From: Eledone cirrhosa
Taxonomy: Eukaryota
Direction: 5' to 3'
Assembly (NCBI GenBank): GCA_964016885.1
Contig: OZ024745.1
Coordinates: 109,554,001 to 109,618,000 of the forward strand
DNA length: 64,000 nt
Shown here: positions 55,566 through 64,000 of the stretch, one piece after another
Position numbering within the stretch: position 1 is the stretch's first letter
Layout: each line of letters opens with the position of its first letter
The notes under the pieces: model-generated
What the model was told of the DNA's origin: nothing
The model's input: only the letters and a program-made list of their open reading frames with translations
Database searches by the model: none
Translations under genes and position numbers: made by a program

Positions 55566-55958
55566 CGAGGGTAATCCCAAAAGTAAGGTCTCCAAAGCGA
55601 TGGAGACGCAGAGAAACTGTTCATACAGCTGTTGACAACACTGTTGTGATTGGTGCTTCCTTCACTCCCAAACAAGCATGCACACGCTTCGCTGGGTTGC
55701 TCAATCTTGGCTTGGCAGCCGTTGAGAATGGAGCTCCCGTTTAACGCTACCGCCAAGTGTGAATTTCACGCAGTTATTATATAGAGGGCACTCACAAAAG
55801 TAAGGTCTCCTTCCGAGGAAAACATGCGTAAAGATCGGCGGATCACTCTGGATGTTCTCTGCATTTTGGTTCCTGAGGTTTCCCGAAGCACCATCCACAG
55901 GATTTTAAGGGAAAAGTTGCAATATTGGAAAGAGACCTTACTTTTGGGATTGCCCTCG
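55566..55958 (+). mobile_element. Internally deleted mariner element (MITE-like) with 27-bp TIRs, TA TSD and an extra internal TIR
   Basis: TA|CGAGGGTAATCCCAAAAGTAAGGTCTC ... GAGACCTTACTTTTGGGATTGCCCTCG|TA; transposase remnants MELPFNATAKCEFHAV, EENMRKDRRITLD and RSTIHRILREKLQY. Confidence 0.85.
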
Positions 55959-56392
55959 TATATATAAAGGAAAAGAGTCAGCACCCCGACGGCTGGGGAA
56001 ACAGCAATTCTTTAGTGTTATAAAACCAGGACATTATATCTGAGGTAAGTAGAGCTCTCAGTCCAGAGGACGAGTTTGGTATAGGGTTAGTTCCACAACA
56101 AATTGATCCAAATGTGGCACTAAAATCCCAAGAGCAGAGGGAAGTCACATAGATATTGTTATAAATACAATTTGAATATCTTGCATAAAAATATAATCAA
56201 TTAGAATAATGAAATATTACTTACATTAGCAATATATAGTTCTAATAAATACTCAAACAAGAGTTGTTTCTGGTTCTAAAGAAACACACTAATGACCACA
56301 ATTAAATGAATAATTATTAATGTCAAGATGTACACCGTCACCAGTGAGCCAATCTTATTAATTAATTAATTATATAAGACATTAACTGTCCA

Positions 56393-56456
<64 letters not shown>

Positions 56457-56674
56457 ACGTATGTATGTGTATGTATGTATGTCTTTTCTATGGAAATACT
56501 TAACACAACATACACACAAACACACATATATATATATACAGTTATTGGCAGCATGCTGTTTGAACCACTCAATGCTGTTCTGAGGTCCACCTCATGTTGG
56601 GTTGTGTGTGTGTATATATATATATATATGTAAATATGATAATAATGGAGCTGCAGAGTTGCAAATGGGTTACA

Positions 56675-56758
56675 TATGAAAAAAGTTTGTCCTTCATCAG
56701 TGGTCTTCCAACCATCATAGGCATTTCATCGCTTTAAAGACCATATACCTCCGGTTGG
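56675..56758 (-). ncRNA. Candidate non-circularly permuted hammerhead-like RNA (second, diverged copy)
   Basis: AGGUA-UA-UGGUCU-UUAAAGCGAU-GAAA-UGCCU-(12 nt)-AGACCA-CUGAUGA. Confidence 0.55.
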
Positions 56759-56990
56759 TGCGAGCAACGGCTAAAAAAAGTCGTTGGGACACGTAAATAA
56801 AGGGGACACGAGGGTAAACAAACAAAATGGTGAAGCAACAGAAAGTGAGGAAGAAAGAGACAAGTCCCAGATTTCTATGAATTTAAATTCGGTGGAATCG
56901 TGAACGAGAGAATAAAGACCATCAAACCTGGTTGAAATGTGAGCAAGGAAGGAATTTCGCACAGGTCTAACGGGAGGAAGATATATATAT

Positions 56991-57171
56991 ATGAAAAATT
57001 TGGGACCCCGATGGGTGAGCTCATGCTGTTTCAATAGCTAGATCTAGCTGTTGAAATGGCAGGAGCTCACCCACCAAGATCCCAAATTTTTCGTATTACC
57101 CACTTTACTACACCAAGTATTGAGTACTCTGGTGAGTAATGGTCTAACTAGTTTTTACTGCATCCATTCTG
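56991..57171 (+). mobile_element. Diverged fold-back element, family P1 copy
   Basis: Arms 56992-57092 centred on AGCTAGATCTAGCT; tail TATTACCCACT...AAGTATTGAGTACTCTGGTG. Confidence 0.75.
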
Positions 57172-57186
57172 ATATATATATATATA

Positions 57187-57960
<774 letters not shown>

Positions 57961-58009
57961 TATCACCATTTAATGTCCAATTTTCCACGCTAGCATGGGT
58001 TAGACGAGT

Positions 58010-59045
58010 TTCCCTATTGTGAGAGAAGGCAGGTCAGATTACTATGTCTTTCTATGTTTATTATAGTCCTCTTGGCCATAACTGATACGTTTAAGGCTGG
58101 CCGTTCATGGGAACTTCTGTATGCTGATGACCAAGTTTTAATAACAGAATATCTGGAAGAATTAGAGAAGAAATTCCTGTTGGGGGAAACAGAACGTAGA
58201 ATCAAAAAGGTTCTGAATAAACTTACCAAAGACCAAAGTTTTAATGAGTAGGAAAGAGGACAAGACAGATTCCGTCAGAAGTGACTCTGCTCAATATGCT
58301 GTAAAGGAGTAGGGAAGCACTCTATATGATGTATGCAACATAAAATAGGGGTACACAAGTTGTAGTGGGATAGCAAGCAGGCTAGCTGAAAAAGTAGACT
58401 TTGTGTGTGACAGATGCAAAGGGATAGCCTCAGTAAAATATACTTTACCCAAACTCAGGAAGGCACAATAGAAGTAGTTTAACCCTTTAGCATTTAAACA
58501 GACCATATTTGGTCAGAATTCTTTTACCTTTTGCTGTTCAAACCAGTCATAACTGGCTGCTCATTCTTATGTTAAGATATTGTTCTCAAAATGAACAATA
58601 TCAAAATCTCATAGATTGATATGTGCGATAATTAATTGAGGTAAAGGCTTTACCATGAAAATATAATAGTAAATATAGAGTAATGGAAATACTAATGGGT
58701 TAACCACAGATATTGCAGCTATTTTATTGTGCATCATCATCATCATTTACCATTTATTTTTTTATGCTAACAAGTATTGGACGGGTCAGCAGAGATTAAG
58801 TTAGTACCCAAGAAGTGATAGGTCATAGTGATTGTAAATATAGAGTAATACAAATGCTAAAGGGTTAAAGTTTCTTTCACCTGGGTGACCTAATTGGTGG
58901 TTAAGAAGGTTGGTCTGAAAGCATTGTAGCTGGAATAAGAAATGGATGGAAAATGATCAGGGAGCCACTACACATGTTGACAAGGAAGAGATTTTAATTT
59001 TGAGTGAAAAGCAGATTGTAAGATATCTGCATAAGAAGTGACCTG
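58010..59045 (+). mobile_element. Degenerate RTE LINE RT fragment interrupted by a piggyBac-like MITE
   Basis: FIIVLLAITDTFKAGRSWELLYADD; IEVV|KSFFHLGDLI split at the insertion point. Confidence 0.78.
58483..58864. mobile_element. piggyBac-like MITE with TTAA TSD
   Basis: TTAA|CCCTTTAGCATTT ... AAATGCTAAAGGG|TTAA; a second right-end-like copy at ~58685-58703. Confidence 0.8.
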
Positions 59046-59186
59046 TTACTGCTAACTTATTTCTTCTGCAGTACTCTCATTCACTTGTTCTTCAATACTA
59101 TAAACACACCACACACATACACACACAGATATATATATAGTTCAAGATTAAACAAGACGAACACAGGCTTATTATATATATACAAA

Positions 59187-59375
59187 GGGCGGTGGATTGG
59201 CAGTATCAGTAGAAGGTCTGACGCCATGCTTTCCAGCATAGTTACGTCCCTTTACGATCTGAGTTCAAATCCCGCCGAGGTTGACTTTGCCTTTCATCCT
59301 TACGGGGTCGATAAAATAAAGTACCAGTAATGCACTGGGTAATTGCTGGCCTTGTGCCTAAAGTAGAGACAATTA
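59187..59375 (+). mobile_element. SINE family A, full-length copy
   Basis: Near-identical to the reverse complement of 3379-3565. Confidence 0.9.
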
Positions 59376-59670
59376 TATATATACATATATATATATATTT
59401 ATTAAAATAACAGATTAAAGTTTAAGCAAAGAATCGCTGCTTTAACAAAGTCAATCTATATATATATATTAGTAAAAGGAAAAGAAAATGCTGACAAATT
59501 TTTCCCAGTGAAAAATAGTTTAATTAGGAATAAGTATAAATTAGTAATAAGTATTGGTTAGTATTCAGTTTTAGTTTTAAGTTTTTATCGGTTGCGCATT
59601 TCTAATGCTTTTCAAAAATAATTTTGAGATAGAGCGCCTGTGATGTTTGCTCTAATCTGAGTATATACAC

Positions 59671-59703
<33 letters not shown>

Positions 59704-59719
59704 TATATATATATATATA

Positions 59720-60728
59720 TCATCATCATCATCATCATCATTTTACGTCCACTTTTCCCTGCTTGCAAGGGTTGGATGGGTCTTATTCAGCAGAGCATCT
59801 CTCCACCTGGTCCTTCGTCATCTCCTCGGTGAGTTACAATGATCTGAGGTCTGCTCTCACCACCTCCGCCCATGTTGTCCGTGGTCTACCTCCACTGCAT
59901 CTTCCCTCCACTGGGACTTCCTGGCACTTCTTCACCCAGCAGTCATCCTCCATGTGCATCACATGTCCATACCATCTCAGCCTTCTCTCTTGCACACCAC
60001 AACTTATCCCTCTTATACCCAGTTTCTTTCTCAACTCGTCTATGCTTGTTCATTCACACACATTGACATTGAACATCCAACGGAGCATTCTTGCTTCATT
60101 TCTCTCCAGCCGTCACATATCTTCTGCAGTTGCTGCCCATGTCTCACTACCATGCAGCATCGCGCTCCTCACACAGGCATCATATAACCGGCCTTTCGTA
60201 CGCAGGGAGAAACACTTCTCTGTCAACAGAGGAAGCAGATCCCTAAACTTCTTCCAACCTGTCCTTATTCTAAATACTATGGCCTCGGAACACCCCTCTC
60301 CCATGCTAATCTGATCACCTAGGTACTGGAAGCTATCAACCACTTCTATAGAACCCACCTGCATTGGAAAAATGAGTGTATCACAGCGATTACTACTGCC
60401 AACTTTCCCTGTACATCTACTGCATACATAGTTTTCCCTACCTGTTAGTTTGCCTGCTATCCCACTACATCTCTTGTGTACCAAAGATCTGCATTGCGTA
60501 CATTTTATGGAATTTATGCCAGTTCCTTTCCTACATATCGAACATGACCATTTTGCTGATGGAATCAGAGTATTGTCCTCCCTTCTACTTATCAACACTT
60601 TTGTTTTAGCTATGTTCACTCTCAGTCCTCTTGATTCCAACTGCTGTTTCCATAACCAGAATTTATTCTCTAGCTCCTCTACTGATTCTGCTATAAGAAC
60701 CAGATCATCAGCATAGAGAAGTTCCCAT
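59720..60728 (-). mobile_element. 5'-truncated RTE LINE (RT C-terminus with PHD-like finger) with (ATG)n tail
   Basis: WELLYADDLVL...GLRVNIAKTKVL...CSICRKG...CTQC...HKRC...CSRC...FQYLG...LHGSETW; RLRWYGHV...GRPRTTW. Confidence 0.9.
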
Positions 60729-61305
60729 ATATATATATACACATATTTATATATCATCATCATCATCGTTTAAACGTCCATCTTCCACGCTTGCATGGGT
60801 TTGGACGGGAGTTTTCCCACTTGAGGCAAGAATGGTTGTCTTGCTCGTATAGGAATGTCTGGCGGGTTTTCTACAGCTGGATGCCCTTCCTAACACCAAC
60901 CACGTTTACAGTGTGGACTGGGAGGTTTTTACAGTGTTACCTACACGGCCACATTACAGCGTGGACTGTGTGTTTTTTTGTTGTGACACCTACACGACCT
61001 CATTTGTTTCGGACTGGATGTTGTGGTACTAACATAACTTTACATCGAAAGGGGTGGTGTGGATGGGGTGGGGGTGGTGGGACGGGAGTGTATTTTGTTA
61101 GAGGTGCCTACTGACTGTAGGTTTCACTTTGTACTTAGGTAAGGCGGGTCTTCTGTATGACTGTGTAGCGCCAAAGATCTCGGTCCAGTGACATTCTCTT
61201 GGAGAGGTTAAAAATGTGTGAGGTCAGAATTTATCAGGTCGTCCCAGGTTTATCTGGGTATGCTTACTACGTGGCTACCATCAATTTTTATTGTCCTGCA
61301 CTTTT

Positions 61306-61573
61306 TTAATACAGCTGTCGTCTTTCATGCGCATCACGTGACCATACCAACGTAGTCTTCTCTCGAGTAAACAACATCTGATTCCTCTTATTCCTAATTT
61401 TTTCCTTAGTTTCTTTTATGCTTTGCCATTCACGTATATTACTATTACACATCCAGCGGAGCATGCAAGCTTCGTTCCTCTCTAGTCTGCGTATATCCTC
61501 TACACACAAAGCCCAGGTCTCACTGCCATGTAACATTGCTGTTCGTATGCAGGCATCATACAGCCTGCCTTTC
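61306..61573 (-). mobile_element. RTE LINE internal fragment
   Basis: [42 protein letters not shown]. Confidence 0.82.
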
Positions 61574-61604
<31 letters not shown>

Positions 61605-61617
61605 CATATATATATAC

Positions 61618-61696
<79 letters not shown>

Positions 61697-61698
<2 letters not shown>

Positions 61699-61900
61699 AA
61701 AGTTAAACAAGGTTCAATGAATACATCAAAGAATGAGTTTTACAATAGATTGGAAGCACTCAACAAGTAAGGTTTTCCAGAGTTATTAATATTAATTCAA
61801 AATATTAACAAAATAGATATTCTTGTGATCAAGTATATTTTATTATACATATTTCTTGATCACAAGAATATCTATTTTGTTAATATTTTGAATTAATATA
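61697..61900 (-). mobile_element. Family P4 fold-back copy truncated exactly at the hammerhead GAAA
   Basis: Homologous to 52554-52722; ends TATACATATTTC, then switches to a ~45-bp inverted copy. Confidence 0.75.
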
Positions 61901-62297
61901 TATATATATATAGAGAGAGAGAGAGGTTAACTTTACGGACACGATTTTTGACAGCGGTAAGAAATTATTTTCTTATATCAAAGTTTAACGGGCTTCCACT
62001 GATGATTTATAAGTGCCCACCTAAATATATTCTTACATGAATATATATTAGGCTTCTAGATAAACTGGAAACATTCTCCCAACTTGTAGAAAACTTATAA
62101 TGAAACAATTGTTTGGAAAGAGATATACTTTAACTTTAATTATATCTCATAAAATAATACAACTAGCTTTTCCACATTATACATATTGTTAGCACCCCAA
62201 ACACTAAAATTGGGTTTATATTTAAATATAACCTAATGTTTGTTGAGTGAGATGGTTACCAGTCAGAGTTTAGTTTTAAACTATCTCTGTTATTGTA

Positions 62298-62329
<32 letters not shown>

Positions 62330-62524
62330 TTAGGTTTGAAGGTTCACCACTGGATAGAGCTGGTCAATTCCGTATGGTCAATCTTGATGTAATAATATGG
62401 AGAGTACTCAACGTAAAGCAGCTCAACAGTCTTCGTTTGTGTAGTTGGTGGTGCGAGTATGGAGCTAAATATTATAATAAAATAACAGGAGGCTGGACTT
62501 GTGTAAATCCTTGAAAGGTTTATT

Positions 62525-62582
62525 ATACTATGATCATTTCAATGACCGGGTTCCGTATGAATCCGGTGACATCATCAGGTAT
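62525..62582 (-). ncRNA. Minimal type I hammerhead motif
   Basis: AUAC-CUGAUGA-13-bp stem II (3 mismatches)-GAAA-UGAUCA-UA-GUAU; perfectly palindromic stem III; within a (TA)n-flanked element at ~62330-62833. Confidence 0.68.
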
Positions 62583-62865
62583 TCGAAATATAATAAATGA
62601 ATGTAACAGATAAAATCCATGGGGCTGAAAATCATAGATCTCTGGACGACCGACCATCTAGCATCTTCCACTTTAGCCGGTCGCCCTCAAGTGCTGGCCA
62701 TTCGGTCAACTAAAGGCTATCTTGTGAGGGGGCGAAAGCTTATAATGTGCTACTAACCTCCCGGTCAAAGAGAAAAAAAGACAGAAAGAAAGAAGAAAAC
62801 TCAGCATTAATGTCATGCTACAATCAGGCTAGGAATATATATATATATACATACATATATATATA

Positions 62866-62937
<72 letters not shown>

Positions 62938-63079
62938 TTTAATTTAGCATACGGTATATTGCCAAATATACTATACATACATTCATATATATACATATTT
63001 ATATATACATATTTATATATACATATTTATATATATATATTTATATATACATATTTATATATATATGTATATATGATGA

Positions 63080-63138
<59 letters not shown>

Positions 63139-63146
63139 TATGTATA

Positions 63147-63204
<58 letters not shown>

Positions 63205-63270
63205 TATATATATACATATTTATACATACACATATATATATAAATATTTATATGTGTATGTATATATATG

Positions 63271-63315
<45 letters not shown>

Positions 63316-63733
63316 ATATATACATATACACATAAGCACACACACCTACACATGCATGTATATACACACACACACACACACACACAAAGTACATGTCCCA
63401 TTTCTTTCGGATTTGAATGTTTAATTGTTGTTTCATGTATGGGACACTTAGTTTCATGTCGGTGTGTGTATGTGTATGTTCCAGTGTATATGACAATGTG
63501 TGTCTGTGTGTGTGTATGTGTGTATGTGTGTGTGTGTGTATGTGTGTGTCTGTGTGTGTGTGTGTATGTGTGTGTGCACCTGTACATGAATGAGATGTGT
63601 ATTTATGAGATATGTAACACACCCTCCTCACATAATAATAGATTGAGTGTGCTGCATAAAAACAAAACAGACAAAAAAAAAAACAGCAGCTTTATGACAA
63701 TAAATGAAAGTGAGATGTGGGAAGGACAAAGGG

Positions 63734-63780
63734 AGGTGGTGGTGGTGGTGGTGTTGGTGGTGGTGGTGGTGTTGTTGTTG

Positions 63781-63812
<32 letters not shown>

Positions 63813-63846
63813 GTTGGTGGTGTTGGTGGTGTTGGTGGTGGTGGTG

Positions 63847-63878
<32 letters not shown>

Positions 63879-63933
63879 GTTGGTGGTGTTGTTGGTGGTG
63901 GTGGTGGTGTTGGTGGTGTTGGTGGTGGTGGTG

Positions 63934-63965
<32 letters not shown>

Positions 63966-64000
63966 GTTGGTGGTGTTGTTGGTGGTGGTGGTGGTGTTGG
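63734..64000 (+). repeat. (GGT/GTT)n microsatellite running off window end
   Basis: Direct. Confidence 0.95.

Noticed and set aside
61990-62085. CTGATGA...GAAAC hammerhead candidate
   Set aside because: An internal hairpin is present but no stem I pairing and no palindromic stem III

Overview
Repeat-dominated animal genomic DNA with no host protein-coding exon that I can support. The SINE/LINE families and the abundance of (TA)n and (GGT)n look cephalopod/Octopus-like (inference). Nearly all long ORFs in the track are translations of micro- or minisatellites. Supported content: a 5'-truncated R4/Dong-like RLE non-LTR retrotransposon, a Tx1/L1-like 3' end, many RTE LINE fragments, at least three SINE-like families, a non-autonomous Helitron, mariner-, pogo- and piggyBac-like MITEs, and several tandem arrays, two of them born inside mobile elements. 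The main signal is a set of short (TA)n-embedded, often fold-back elements resembling Penelope-like (PLE) remnants. They carry minimal type I hammerhead ribozyme (HHR) motifs at six loci (eight copies, some degenerate). Two diverged elements (15.85 kb and 56.7 kb) also carry the hammerhead core pieces (UH, GAAA, CUGAUGA) in a non-circularly permuted order, with covarying stems I and III and identical linker lengths: a candidate rearranged ribozyme. All structures were folded by eye and no activity is demonstrated.
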